From positions 62,001-126,000 of the IMG/VR virus record IMGVR_UViG_3300037087_000760: a DNA stretch of 64,000 bases; one strand, 5' to 3'. Made by a program: the position numbers and the translations under genes. The notes below the pieces were generated by a model, which worked only from the letters and a program-made list of their open reading frames with translations, had not been told where the DNA came from and searched no databases. Every line of letters begins with the position of its first letter. Positions within the stretch are counted from its first letter, which is position 1. Of the stretch, positions 28,792-38,871 are shown in pieces.

Positions 28792-28873
28792 ATGGAAGTA
28801 GTTTAAATGTAAAACACCATCCGGCCAAGGGTGGAGATGTACCGCGGTTTAGGTTCGAATCCTACCTTCCATG
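28792..28873 (+). tRNA. atypical tRNA (loop contains GCC/CCA; G73), possibly Trp-like
   Basis: Good acceptor, D and T arms; irregular anticodon loop. Confidence 0.5.
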
Positions 28874-28878
28874 CAAAA

Positions 28879-28962
28879 GCAACCGTGGCCGAGAGGACAG
28901 GCTCCTGACTTTTAATCAGAGTGGAGAAATCCACAACACAGGTTCGATCCCTGTCGGTTGCA
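28879..28962 (+). tRNA. tRNA-Lys(TTT), long variable arm
   Basis: Loop CTTTTAA; variable arm GTGGA-GAAA-TCCAC. Confidence 0.85.
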
Positions 28963-28986
28963 CAAATCATCCATCTTCATCTGGAT

Positions 28987-29059
28987 GACCTCGTAGCTCA
29001 GTTGGTAGAGCATCGCACTTTTAATGCGAGGGTCATGGGTTCGAGTCCCATCGGGGTCA
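28987..29059 (+). tRNA. tRNA-Lys(TTT)
   Basis: Canonical cloverleaf. Confidence 0.93.
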
Positions 29060-29068
29060 CTAAAATTT

Positions 29069-29143
29069 GGGTTTGTATCATAATTGAGTTAGTGAAATTG
29101 ACTCTTAATCAATGCTATGTGGGTTCGAGTCCCACCAAACCCA
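29069..29143 (+). tRNA. tRNA-Lys(CTT)
   Basis: Loop CTCTTAA. Confidence 0.87.
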
Positions 29144-29153
29144 CTAACGATAC

Positions 29154-29228
29154 GGGTCTGTATCACAACAAGAGTAGTGAAACTGTCTTTTAAACAGTGC
29201 TATGAGGGTTCGAATCCCTCTGGGCCCA
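29154..29228 (+). tRNA. tRNA-Lys(TTT)
   Basis: Loop CTTTTAA. Confidence 0.85.
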
Positions 29229-29233
29229 CAAAA

Positions 29234-29315
29234 GCAACATTGGCCGAGAGGTTAGGCTCCTGACTCTTAATCAGAGAACGAAAGTTCAACACAGGTTCGA
29301 TCCCTGTATGTTGCA
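29234..29315 (+). tRNA. tRNA-Lys(CTT), long variable arm
   Basis: Paralog of 28879-28962. Confidence 0.85.
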
Positions 29316-29319
29316 CAAT

Positions 29320-29390
29320 ACGAGTATGGTGTAACAGTAGCATAAAAGTCTCCAAAACTTTTGGTCGGGGTGCGAATCCTCGTACTCGTG
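29320..29390 (+). tRNA. tRNA-Trp(CCA)
   Basis: Loop CTCCAAA, G73. Confidence 0.87.
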
Positions 29391-29395
29391 CATAT

Positions 29396-29477
29396 ACGAC
29401 AGCTCATTGGTGTGACCAGCCGGCTCCAACCCGGTAATCCGTAAGGGTGGTTAGAGGTCCGAATCCTCTCTGTCGTG
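29396..29477 (+). tRNA. tRNA-Trp(CCA), atypical D arm and long variable arm
   Basis: Loop CTCCAAC, G73. Confidence 0.7.
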
Positions 29478-29500
29478 CTAAAAAGCGAAATGGTTGTAAT

Positions 29501-29587
29501 GGTGAGTAAACCTACAAAGCGTAGGGCCTGTCTGCTAAACAGAGTGTTCGGATAAAACCGGATGTGGGGCGGAACCACTGCTCACCG
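29501..29587 (+). tRNA. tRNA-Ser(GCT), atypical T loop
   Basis: Loop CTGCTAA, long variable arm. Confidence 0.78.
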
Positions 29588-29594
29588 CTCAAAT

Positions 29595-29759
29595 GGTATA
29601 AGGTCCTTTGATAAAGGTAATAGCGGTTTAGTTATCGAGGTGTTGTAAGTCTTTCTGTCCAAAGGAAAGCTGGCCAAACCACCGAGGATTCCCGAAAGGG
29701 ATTACCCGAACGCAATATCGGTTATGATAACTTGTGGTTTGAATCCACAACTTATATCT
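29595..29759 (+). ncRNA. ~165-nt tRNA-like RNA with large multibranch insertion
   Basis: GGTATAAG/CTTATATC closing stem, TTGTGG-TTTGAAT-CCACAA T arm, nested hairpins. Confidence 0.6.
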
Positions 29760-29782
29760 GGAAAATTTTATATATAACTTTG

Positions 29783-30607
29783 ATGATAACAAAGTTTGGT
29801 ATATTCGAGCAAAAGGATTCACTGAATCAAAATTTTTGGAACTGGTTTGGTGATTCTAAGGTTATTAATGATAATAATACTCCGATGGTAGTTTATCATG
29901 GAACAAAGGAAAAATTCGATACTTTTGATGATAAAAAAATAGGTTGGGGTACTGGTAATTATGGTCATTATGGATATGGCTTTTATTTCTCAGATGATAA
30001 AAGAGAAGCAATAGGTTATGGTCATAATATAATGAAATGTTATCTAAAAATGGAGAAACCATTTACTGGAACAAATGAAGAAATATTGTTATTAAAAAAG
30101 AATGGTGTAAAAAATATTGATGATTTGGTTATTAAATCTATTGATTTTGATTCATTATATAATGAAATAAAAAGGATAGATGTGAAAGCGGCCCTTTTGA
30201 TGAATTATATTAAATTGTATGGACTTTCTGGAGCTTGGGAAAAATTTATGGAAGAAAAAAATCAGGTTAAAGACTATTACAATGAATTATCAAACATTAC
30301 TGATGAATATACCACAATAAGTAAAAATATAGATTGGGAAGTACCAGAATATATTTTTACTACTTTAAAAGAGATTGGTGTTAATTTATCAAAATTGAAA
30401 TATAATAAGGGATTTCAATATGTTCAATTATTACATTGGATAACTGAATTAGGAGAATTGAGTAAATATATAACAGAGGTAATAAAAAAACTTGGTTTTG
30501 ATGGTGTTATATATGGATCTGAATATGTTGTCTTTTATCCAAATTATATAAAGTCAGTGGATAATGATGGTAGTTGGGATATTGATGATTCAAATATATA
30601 TTCTTAA
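29783..30607 (+). CDS. ADP-ribosyltransferase-like protein (ART-PolyVal type)
   Basis: NFWNWFGDSKV...PMVVYHGT...GYGFYFS...GFDGVI..EYVVF..NYIKS. Confidence 0.7.
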   Translation: MITKFGIFEQKDSLNQNFWNWFGDSKVINDNNTPMVVYHGTKEKFDTFDDKKIGWGTGNYGHYGYGFYFSDDKREAIGYGHNIMKCYLKMEKPFTGTNEEILLLKKNGVKNIDDLVIKSIDFDSLYNEIKRIDVKAALLMNYIKLYGLSGAWEKFMEEKNQVKDYYNELSNITDEYTTISKNIDWEVPEYIFTTLKEIGVNLSKLKYNKGFQYVQLLHWITELGELSKYITEVIKKLGFDGVIYGSEYVVFYPNYIKSVDNDGSWDIDDSNIYS

Positions 30608-30613
30608 ATTTTT

Positions 30614-30701
30614 GGAAGTCCCCATGTGGAGTGGTTAGCAATCTCGAAAATTGTGAAGTCGGTGAGATTCCGATGTAAGGGTTCGACTCCCTTGACTTCC
30701 G
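30614..30701 (+). tRNA. tRNA-Ser(CGA)
   Basis: Loop CTCGAAA, long variable arm, G73. Confidence 0.78.
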
Positions 30702-30707
30702 CACAAT

Positions 30708-30795
30708 GGAAAAAGAATCAGTCGATGAACTGGACATGATTGGAAATCATTGTGATCGTTGAAAAACGGTTGTGGGGAGGGACCACTTTTTTCCG
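30708..30795 (+). tRNA. tRNA-Ser(GGA), atypical T loop
   Basis: Loop TTGGAAA, long variable arm. Confidence 0.72.
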
Positions 30796-30877
30796 CTTCT
30801 TAACACATATTTCATTTCAAGATTTTTTTATTCCAAATATTTTTCCTATCTTCATCAGACTAAAAAATATACTTTTT

Positions 30878-31465
30878 ATGGAAAACGAAAACTATGTAAA
30901 GTTAAAAGGTAAAAAACTTTGCCGTGCTAAGGTAGTCGAAAACATAATCATAAATTTCATTGAATGGTATAAGAGGGAGACCGATATCAGCCAGAAAGAA
31001 GAGATCACTTTTTCCATTCAGCCCTTACTTTGGTTTATAATGCCAAAGAATAAGTACAGGGTTATCCAGATATCCACTGAATTTTGGAATAGTTTTCTGA
31101 AAGATCCAAGTATTACAATATCTTTTAATCACTTAGATCCCAGAAAAGATGTGTCTAAGAGATTATTTGATACTTTCGATTATTATGATTGGAAAGGTGA
31201 CGGGTTAGTCATTGAAAAAGTTGTCAATGAATTTCAGTTTAGTATTATAACCAGAAAAGAAAATTCAGCTGGATACAAGGGTGAGATTAAATTAAATCCT
31301 ATATCTGTTGATATGGTTGAGAAAATTATAAAATATCAGATGTATTGGAAAAAAGGTTATCTTCATAACAGGCCACTAAAGTCTTATGATGAAGTACAAA
31401 AAATTCCATTGGGTAGGAAATTTAGAAAAGAAAGTGATTTAATAGCTTGTATGGAATTAGATTAA
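30878..31465 (+). CDS. hypothetical phage protein
   Basis: Probable start MENENY after early-type promoter. Confidence 0.65.
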   Translation: MENENYVKLKGKKLCRAKVVENIIINFIEWYKRETDISQKEEITFSIQPLLWFIMPKNKYRVIQISTEFWNSFLKDPSITISFNHLDPRKDVSKRLFDTFDYYDWKGDGLVIEKVVNEFQFSIITRKENSAGYKGEIKLNPISVDMVEKIIKYQMYWKKGYLHNRPLKSYDEVQKIPLGRKFRKESDLIACMELD

Positions 31466-32148
31466 TTACACCAATCGAATCTCAGTTCACCATTTGGAAA
31501 CAATGTTTGTTTAGTTTCATTATAAACAGGTTCTTCAAAATTAAATACTTTTTTAAGGTCTGAATCTCTTTTATCATCATTGTTTCTTATAACCCAACTG
31601 GATATATTATTCAATCCATAATCATTTAGCTTATTTTTCATTTCATTCAAAGCTGATACATTATTTATTCCCTCTTTAAATAACGGTATATTAATTCTTA
31701 TTTGAAGATTGATGTCATCTCCTATTTTTCTTATTTGATCCATCGTTGGTGGTAAATTCTTTGACTGTAATGTTGTTTGTGAAATTTTTGGGTCAATATT
31801 ATGAACTGTTATGTACAGGTGAGTAAGACCCCATTTTTTCCAAGAATTTAAATAAATATACGATTGATTTAATAATATACCATTGGTGTATAATTTAATT
31901 GACTTTAAATTAGGGAGATCGGATTTCTTGATTAAATATAATGTTTGGGTTATATTTTCTGGTTGAAGTAAAGGTTCACCCCCTCCAGAGATTGATATTT
32001 CCTGAATATCTTTATTATCATTTAATATTTTTTCAAATAAGTTAAAATCGAATGGTTCATTTGTTCGATGTTGTTTACCAGCACAGAATGAACAATTAGC
32101 ATTACATCCCTTATTAGCAACCAGCACACCTAATTTTATTATTTTCAT
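31462..32148 (-). CDS. radical SAM protein
   Basis: CNANCSFC, SGGGEP, YTNG. Confidence 0.88.
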   Translation of the reverse strand: MKIIKLGVLVANKGCNANCSFCAGKQHRTNEPFDFNLFEKILNDNKDIQEISISGGGEPLLQPENITQTLYLIKKSDLPNLKSIKLYTNGILLNQSYIYLNSWKKWGLTHLYITVHNIDPKISQTTLQSKNLPPTMDQIRKIGDDINLQIRINIPLFKEGINNVSALNEMKNKLNDYGLNNISSWVIRNNDDKRDSDLKKVFNFEEPVYNETKQTLFPNGELRFDWCN

Positions 32149-32339
32149 ATTTTTTTATTTTTGATAGCGATAAACAAACATATTGGAAATAATAAGAAAT
32201 TTATTAAAAATCCCTTAAAACAATTCAACCATATTCCATATAATGATTTAGATATTTTATATTGTTTATAAATCGCGTAGAGTGACCACAAAAAAGAAAA
32301 TATCAAATAAACAATTAAAAATATTATCCCAATTGACAT
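32145..32339 (-). CDS. small membrane protein
   Basis: Two hydrophobic segments, between the radical SAM genes. Confidence 0.6.
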   Translation of the reverse strand: MSIGIIFLIVYLIFSFLWSLYAIYKQYKISKSLYGIWLNCFKGFLINFLLFPICLFIAIKNKKI

Positions 32340-33205
32340 ATAGCACCCTCTTTAATCCAACTGTAATAAACCCCACCATTTTGTAAAACCACAAGTTGTC
32401 TAACAAAATCTTTTTTCGGGTCATGTTTTGTGACATAATCGGTCAATCTAACAATTTGACCCATGTAATCATATACTCCACCACCCCATTCGTGTGAATG
32501 ACAAAGTTTACCATTTTTATGTAACCATCTCCATATCTTGTATACATTCCATCGAGAGGGTGTAAATTCGTTTCTCGTACCATCTGGATTACCAACAGTC
32601 CAAGCCGTTATATTTTGATAACCATCTCTTGTTATCAGAGAATTGATGGTTTTTTCGAATTTTTCTGGTGTATCGATTGCCCCCTTTCTGAGTAATACAG
32701 TAGCTCTCACACCTATTCCATATTTTTTGATATTGTTACGGATTGTTGAGAATCTTGGATATTTTGAAATTCCATAAACATTACCCTGTTCTTTTTCAGA
32801 CCAATAATGTACTGACACAACAATATTTGTTAGTCCTAAACATTTCCAAAGAGGTAGCCATTTCTCACAAAATGATTCATCCCCAAAAAGAATTCCATTA
32901 GTAAACATATTCACATTTGGAAAATAGGCTCCATCCTGTACACATTTCCTATAAACTCTCAGAGCTTCGGTTACTGATTCTGGGTCACAAGTGGGTTCAC
33001 CGGCTGATGTAAATGATAAACTCCATCCACCGTATTTTGATGATAACTTGATAGCAAACTCCAGATTCTTCATATTGGTTTTATGTAATGTTTCATTACA
33101 TTGACCTCTCCCAAGACTTTTTCCTGAACAAAATGGACAATTTCCGTTACAAGTACCATCTCCGATTACTGCGGAAACACTATAAATTTTTTCTATACAA
33201 GCCAT
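32324..33205 (-). CDS. radical SAM protein
   Basis: CNGNCPFC, TSAGEP, FTNG. Confidence 0.88.
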   Translation of the reverse strand: MACIEKIYSVSAVIGDGTCNGNCPFCSGKSLGRGQCNETLHKTNMKNLEFAIKLSSKYGGWSLSFTSAGEPTCDPESVTEALRVYRKCVQDGAYFPNVNMFTNGILFGDESFCEKWLPLWKCLGLTNIVVSVHYWSEKEQGNVYGISKYPRFSTIRNNIKKYGIGVRATVLLRKGAIDTPEKFEKTINSLITRDGYQNITAWTVGNPDGTRNEFTPSRWNVYKIWRWLHKNGKLCHSHEWGGGVYDYMGQIVRLTDYVTKHDPKKDFVRQLVVLQNGGVYYSWIKEGAICQLG

Positions 33206-33249
33206 AAAAACAGGTTTGTATATTTATATCAAATAAAAGAGGATTTGTT

Positions 33250-33816
33250 TTAAGAAATAGGTCTGATCCCAATCCCATCACAAGTACAGGATCTTCTTTT
33301 AAGAATAAGGTCTGTGAGTTCTTTTTCAAAGTCAGGATTAACTTCTTTAGCCATCGGAAGTATAAATTGTTCTGTCTGGTCTAAGTATTGAGATATTTTA
33401 AAATCTGAATGAGTGTCCAAATGTAAATCCGTGAGGTTACTGATTCTGTCAGCACATTTAAGAATCTTTGCTCTTTTTGACCCCGTTGTTAAAACACGAT
33501 TCAAATATTCTGGTTTGGTTTCTAATTCTCCTTTTGTAACCTCTAAAACCAAACTAAGAACCTGATAACCATCTTGATCGATGTTACGAATTTCATCCAG
33601 AGCTTGCCAGTGAAGATCTTCTACGAGGTCGTGTAAAAGTGCCGCTTTAAGTAGGACACTATCATCATAATATTTATAATCCAAAAGGATTCCAAGAGTA
33701 GCGAAAGAATGTCTAAATTGATTCCCTCCTACTTTACGACTTACTCCAATGAGGGCTGTTGCTTTTAAAATATAAGGAGCGAGTACTAAGTTTCTTAATG
33801 TAGTTAAATTGTCCAT
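33250..33816 (-). CDS. HD-domain (p)ppGpp hydrolase-like protein (Mesh1/small alarmone hydrolase)
   Basis: R..G..Q..H, AALLHDLVED, VLEVTK, KILKCADRISNL. Confidence 0.8.
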   Translation of the reverse strand: MDNLTTLRNLVLAPYILKATALIGVSRKVGGNQFRHSFATLGILLDYKYYDDSVLLKAALLHDLVEDLHWQALDEIRNIDQDGYQVLSLVLEVTKGELETKPEYLNRVLTTGSKRAKILKCADRISNLTDLHLDTHSDFKISQYLDQTEQFILPMAKEVNPDFEKELTDLILKRRSCTCDGIGIRPIS

Positions 33817-33903
33817 CTTACTTATATATTAATTACAAATTTAAGAAATATACTTTAAACAAAAAAATGATTTTCAATTTACGATAAAATAAGAAACACT
33901 ACC

Positions 33904-34104
33904 ATGAGTATAGTATTAAAATTTTCTGAATTCGTGAATGAAAAGAAGAAAGAAAAAGAAGAAAAAGAAGTAGAGAAGAAAGAGAAAGACGAAAAAGGTG
34001 AAAAAGAAGAAAACACCACTGGTTTAACAGCAAAACAAAAGAAATTACCAGAAGCTTTACAGAAATCAATATTAAAAAAACAAAAAAAATCTTCCAAAAA
34101 ATAA
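33904..34104 (+). CDS. small Lys/Glu-rich protein with capsid-targeting-like N-terminus
   Basis: MSIVLKFSEFVNE; GLTAKQKKLPEALQKSI. Confidence 0.7.
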   Translation: MSIVLKFSEFVNEKKKEKEEKEVEKKEKDEKGEKEENTTGLTAKQKKLPEALQKSILKKQKKSSKK

Positions 34105-34114
34105 TTTCATTTAT

Positions 34115-34813
34115 ATGAAAAATATAAGGTCGTTTAATGAGTATATAAACGAAAAGAAATCCAAAGAGGAGAAATCCAATAAGGAAGAAAAATCTAAGGA
34201 AGTAGAAAAGGAAGAAGAAGTTGTTGAAGAAAAACCACAGGGGTTAACTCCTAAACAACAGAAAAATTTACCAGAGCCTTTAAAGAATGCTATATTAAAA
34301 GCTCAGAAAGAAAGAGTGAATTTAAAATCATTCGATGAATATACAACATCAATTTCCGAAGCTGGTATCTACAAGGATAAATGGGAAAAAGACGATTTGA
34401 CATTGGCTTTATATAATTCAATTTATGGTACTCGTGGATTAGGTATGACAGAAAAAGAATTAGCCGAAGATGTTATTGGATCAAGTCTAAGTTCATTAAA
34501 AATGCAAAGTGCCAACTTTGATCATTTAAGAGGTCTTAGAGGGTTAGACAGACCTCATAGTATTGAAAGTTCAGTATATGATGAATATAAAAATATTTCT
34601 CAAAATGAATTGAGACAAATTTGTTTAAGAATAATATCCGATAAGGGAAAAACAGGAGGATTGAACTTTCAAAAAACATTTAGAGAAAGAACTCTGAAAA
34701 AAGATTTAGAAAATGAATTTCGTAAAAAAGGATTTGATCCATCAAAGATGAGATCTCTTGGAACAAGGCCGACATTATCATCCATGTTAGAAGATCCAGA
34801 GGACACCCCTTAA
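34115..34813 (+). CDS. protein with capsid-targeting-like N-terminus; N-terminal half paralogous to previous gene
   Basis: MKNIRSFNEYINE; GLTPKQQKNLPEPLKNAI. Confidence 0.7.
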   Translation: MKNIRSFNEYINEKKSKEEKSNKEEKSKEVEKEEEVVEEKPQGLTPKQQKNLPEPLKNAILKAQKERVNLKSFDEYTTSISEAGIYKDKWEKDDLTLALYNSIYGTRGLGMTEKELAEDVIGSSLSSLKMQSANFDHLRGLRGLDRPHSIESSVYDEYKNISQNELRQICLRIISDKGKTGGLNFQKTFRERTLKKDLENEFRKKGFDPSKMRSLGTRPTLSSMLEDPEDTP

Positions 34814-34843
34814 ACAAAATTAAATTTTTGATATACAATAGGT

Positions 34844-35893
34844 ATGAATAAAAATATCTTTATTGTATCTGCTTATCCATCATCACCAAAGAATCTCGAA
34901 ATATTAAAGGATTGTTTATGTAGTCTTAAACAATTAGACTATGATATATTATTATCCACCCATTACAATATAACAGATATTGAATTATATTCAATGGTTG
35001 ACTATATTATATATGATAAGGTAAACATCACTAATTTTTTAGATTATGATGATTTAGACTATTTAAATGATGGATGGTGGATGCAGAACGATAGATTCAG
35101 GGTATCATCAAAATTCAACAATGCCTATCATTATGATATATATCGTGCGATGTATAACGCAATTGGATTGGTTAATTCACTTGGTTATGAATTTTTTGTT
35201 TTTGTCGAGGGAGATTGTATACTGAAAGATTTTGAAAAATTAAATCAGTTACGAGATAGAATGTTTTCGGAACAGAGAAAAATGTTATTCGGAAAAATAA
35301 TAATAAATGTCACATCGGAATTATCTTATGATAATTATTGTACTTTATTATATGGTGGAGTACCATCATATTTTTTAAGTAAGACAGATATTTCATATGA
35401 CCTCATGGATTGGGTAAATAAGCCAACTTTTATTAAAGAACTCAATCAAAATATTTATTTAACTCAAAGGGGATTAGAAGTTATATTTCATGAGTGCTTT
35501 CACAAGTATCTGGATGAAATCTTAGAACTCGAATTCTTTGGGAATATGGAAAACATAATGGAATATAATAGAATAAAATCCTCAACAGAATATGGATTGA
35601 GTAATATCTTTTATTTCAACGAATTGAAACCAGATAGAATATATGTTTTCTTACATAATAACAATGAGTATCCCGTTGATATTAAATTATACTTTAATGA
35701 TGCTCTATTTTTAGAACAACCTTTAACAGTTAATGAATGGATATTGAGGGAAATGGATCTTCAAGATATTTTCGACAAAAAAGCCAAATTATTAGTTTAT
35801 ATAAATAACGAAATAGAAGCGGTCATTGAACGAGAATTGAATGAGAAAAATATTGATAAAATGCGAAAATCTCATAAATTCATCGAATATTAA
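34844..35893 (+). CDS. hypothetical protein, possibly glycosyltransferase-like
   Basis: 349-aa ORF; weak GT-A-like N-terminus (EGD). Confidence 0.5.
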   Translation: MNKNIFIVSAYPSSPKNLEILKDCLCSLKQLDYDILLSTHYNITDIELYSMVDYIIYDKVNITNFLDYDDLDYLNDGWWMQNDRFRVSSKFNNAYHYDIYRAMYNAIGLVNSLGYEFFVFVEGDCILKDFEKLNQLRDRMFSEQRKMLFGKIIINVTSELSYDNYCTLLYGGVPSYFLSKTDISYDLMDWVNKPTFIKELNQNIYLTQRGLEVIFHECFHKYLDEILELEFFGNMENIMEYNRIKSSTEYGLSNIFYFNELKPDRIYVFLHNNNEYPVDIKLYFNDALFLEQPLTVNEWILREMDLQDIFDKKAKLLVYINNEIEAVIERELNEKNIDKMRKSHKFIEY

Positions 35894-36138
35894 TTTTTTT
35901 ATTCACATAAATTTTCTATCTTTGTATTTATGGAAAAAATGATTTTTATACACGACATCACATTACCACCACCAACAAATGGTGATGAACATCAGGAAAA
36001 ATTCGTGAATGCTTTCAATACTGTTTCTGAACTCTTTCAGAAATCGAAAGATCCAAACCTGAGCCAAGAAGAACAAAATAAATATTTTGAAGCTTTCTGG
36101 CAAGCTAAATATTGTTTAGAACAAGGAATAGGATTTTA

Positions 36139-36411
36139 ATGGAAGGAAATTGTGGTTTCTGTAACAGGCTGAAAGAATTAACCTTTCATCACTTCATACC
36201 GAAAACTTTACATAAGAACAAACTCTTTTTGAAATTGTTCAGTAAAGAATATATGAAAACTCACGGTATTGATTTATGTAAGGATTGCCATAAAACAGTA
36301 CATCATTTCTGGGATGAAAAAACTCTTGGTAGAGAATACAATACTAAAGAGAAAATAGTGAATGATCCCAAGTTCAGGAAGTATCTTAAATGGATCGTTA
36401 AACAAGATTAA
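36139..36411 (+). CDS. HNH endonuclease-like protein
   Basis: CGFC..TFHHFIP...LCKDCHKTVH. Confidence 0.75.
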   Translation: MEGNCGFCNRLKELTFHHFIPKTLHKNKLFLKLFSKEYMKTHGIDLCKDCHKTVHHFWDEKTLGREYNTKEKIVNDPKFRKYLKWIVKQD

Positions 36412-36413
36412 AA

Positions 36414-36487
36414 GGGTCCTTAGCTCAGACGCGTAGAGCGCTTGACTCATAATCAATAGGTCGCTGGTTCAAATCCAGCAGGGCCCA
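36414..36487 (+). tRNA. tRNA(CAT), Ile2 (lysidine type) or Met
   Basis: Loop CTCATAA; GGGTCCT acceptor resembles Ile2. Confidence 0.85.
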
Positions 36488-36616
36488 CCCGAATAAATTT
36501 TTTTATTCCAAATATTTTACTTATCATTGTATAAGTTGAAAAATGGAAAAAATTAAACTTTTTGGTTTAATATATATATAATACTTACAAGAATATCGTT
36601 CTTAAACTTATTGTTA

Positions 36617-36684
36617 AAATCGAAGCGGTGTGGAGAGTTACTTCATATAGGAAAAAAAAGCTTTCTACAAAACATTCTCGGTTT
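36617..36684 (+). ncRNA. Y-RNA-like element upstream of Ro60
   Basis: Stem, AGCGG/ACATTC internal loop, stem, GTTACTTC. Confidence 0.7.
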
Positions 36685-36724
36685 ATTTAAAATATTATTG
36701 TTGTTGATGCTCAACAACAGTATG

Positions 36725-36874
36725 TGTTGAAGCGGTTCATAGAGTTACTTCATTTATATACGACAGTCCGGACAAAAGAGCCGGACAAAAAAGTTTCAAA
36801 TCACGTTCTTAAAACGGATCGTTTTTATGAATAAACGATAAAAAATCAGACCACTCTTTGATAATTTCTCAACA
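36725..36874 (+). ncRNA. Y-RNA-like element upstream of Ro60
   Basis: TGTTGA-AGCGG-TTCATAGAGTTACTTC ... ACTCTTTGA-TAATTTC-TCAACA. Confidence 0.7.
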
Positions 36875-36883
36875 AAATATTAG

Positions 36884-36934
36884 AAAAAAGCCGATTTTAT
36901 GACCTTAACCCGTTATTCAATCGGCTTTTTTTTT
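36884..36934 (+). terminator. intrinsic terminator
   Basis: AAAAAAGCCGATT...AATCGGCTTTTTTTTT. Confidence 0.7.
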
Positions 36935-37197
36935 AACTTTAAAAGAAAAATGAATTATGAAAAAGAAGAAATTAGTATTGTATTTAGTTGATACCACAAC
37001 AGGGGACAAATGGGAAATTACTGGTGGAAGTTATTTAGTGAAAGCCACTTCTAAAAAAGAAGTAGAAAAAATGAAATTAACTATTTTGGGTAATGAAAAA
37101 ATAGTTTCCATAACTCCCATAAGTAAATTACAATTTAACAAAGGTATTCATGTGATTACTGGTAGTGTTGTAGAATAAAATTAAAAAAAAGAAAATT

Positions 37198-38817
37198 ATG
37201 TCAAAGTTTAGAAAATCAGCAGTAAAGAACAACATCAATGGTTTTTACGAAAACCAAGTTGAAAACTTCATGGGTGGAGTATCATTCAATATTAACCCAT
37301 TGGATACATTAAGAATTGTAGCCGCTAGCTCAATTTTTGGTGAACCATCTTATTACAGGGATGGATTTCAGTCAAAAGCCTATATCAAAAATATAGATCA
37401 ATTGAGTAATACTGAATTCTCGTTCATATTTAAAGATACCAATTCAACTCTTGATGTGTTTACAAACGCCATTAAAAATTCTCTGGACTTTGATTTCAAG
37501 GCAACACTTGAACTTGCTTCGCGTTTAAGGAATGAATTCAACATGAGATTAAATCCTTCTGTTATCTTCATTTATGCTTGTGTTCATCCTAAGAGAGTTG
37601 AATTCAATAAGGAAAATCCGGGGTTCATGAGAGAGATTGGTAAGAAAATCATTCAGCGTCCTGATGATATGACCAATCAATTTGAATACTATACCTTTTT
37701 AAAGGGATCAGACTTAGGTTTACCATCCATAGTAAAGAGATTGTGGGCTGATGTTCTGGGTGGACTTACACCTTATCAAATTAACAAATACAAGGGTAAA
37801 TTAATAATTGACCTTGTTCGTCTTAGCCACGCCAAATCAGAAACTATCAATGAGTTGATGAAAACTGGAACTGTAAAAGTTACAGATACCGAAAAAACTT
37901 GGGAAAATTTAAGATCTCAGGGAAAAACATGGAAAGAAATTCTTGACACAATCAAGATTCCTCACATGGCCCTTTTGAGAAATCTTCGTGGAATATTCAG
38001 TGAAATTCAGGATCTTGACCTTGCCAAAAAAGTTTGTTCACAACTTAAAGGTGGTGTATTATATGGGAAACAATTTCCATTCAGATACTTATCAGCCTAC
38101 CGTGCTATTTCATCGGAGGTTAATCATTACCAGTTATTAAAAGATACTTTACAGGAATGTATTGATATCTCAGTAGCCAATTATCCGAAATTAAAGGGTA
38201 AGACTATTTGTTTATCTGATAATTCAGGATCTGCTTGGGGAGCTGTTCCATCCGAATATGGTTCTGTTAAGATTGCTTCAATCTCTAACTTATCATCCAT
38301 TATCACAGCCTTACAATCAGACGAAGGATATGTGGGATTATTTGGTGATAGTCTGGTTATTAAATCAGTTTCTAAGAGAAATGGTATCCTTGAACAATCT
38401 GAACAATTGGATAAAATTGGACCAGACCAAGATGATACTGGTGGTGGTGGAACTGAAAATGGTATTTGGATGTTCTTCAGAGATTCTATCTCTAACAAAA
38501 CTTCTTATGATAATATTTTCATTTATTCTGACCAACAGGCTGGACATGGTGGATTATATGGGACAAGTGAGGGACAAGAGGAATATCGTGATTATTCACT
38601 CGATAGTTATATTGATGTATTAAAACTTATTGATGAATATCGTAAGAAAGTTAATTCGAAAGTTAACATTTTTTCTATTCAATGTGCCGGATATGATAAT
38701 TCAGTAATTCCAGAGAACTATTACAGAACTACTATTTTGGGGTCGTGGACCGGTAAGGAATCTGTATATGCCCAAGAGTTAATTAAAATATGGAATGATG
38801 TAGAAAAAAGGAGTTAA
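37198..38817 (+). CDS. Ro60/TROVE-domain RNA-binding protein (Rsr-like)
   Basis: ENFMGG, MALLRNLR, QFPFRYLSAY, vWA DNSGS and YSDQQ. Confidence 0.9.
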   Translation: MSKFRKSAVKNNINGFYENQVENFMGGVSFNINPLDTLRIVAASSIFGEPSYYRDGFQSKAYIKNIDQLSNTEFSFIFKDTNSTLDVFTNAIKNSLDFDFKATLELASRLRNEFNMRLNPSVIFIYACVHPKRVEFNKENPGFMREIGKKIIQRPDDMTNQFEYYTFLKGSDLGLPSIVKRLWADVLGGLTPYQINKYKGKLIIDLVRLSHAKSETINELMKTGTVKVTDTEKTWENLRSQGKTWKEILDTIKIPHMALLRNLRGIFSEIQDLDLAKKVCSQLKGGVLYGKQFPFRYLSAYRAISSEVNHYQLLKDTLQECIDISVANYPKLKGKTICLSDNSGSAWGAVPSEYGSVKIASISNLSSIITALQSDEGYVGLFGDSLVIKSVSKRNGILEQSEQLDKIGPDQDDTGGGGTENGIWMFFRDSISNKTSYDNIFIYSDQQAGHGGLYGTSEGQEEYRDYSLDSYIDVLKLIDEYRKKVNSKVNIFSIQCAGYDNSVIPENYYRTTILGSWTGKESVYAQELIKIWNDVEKRS

Positions 38818-38871
38818 TTTCCTTTTTTCTATTTTTATAACCAAGTGATTGTTTTTTAATACTTTCTTCCT

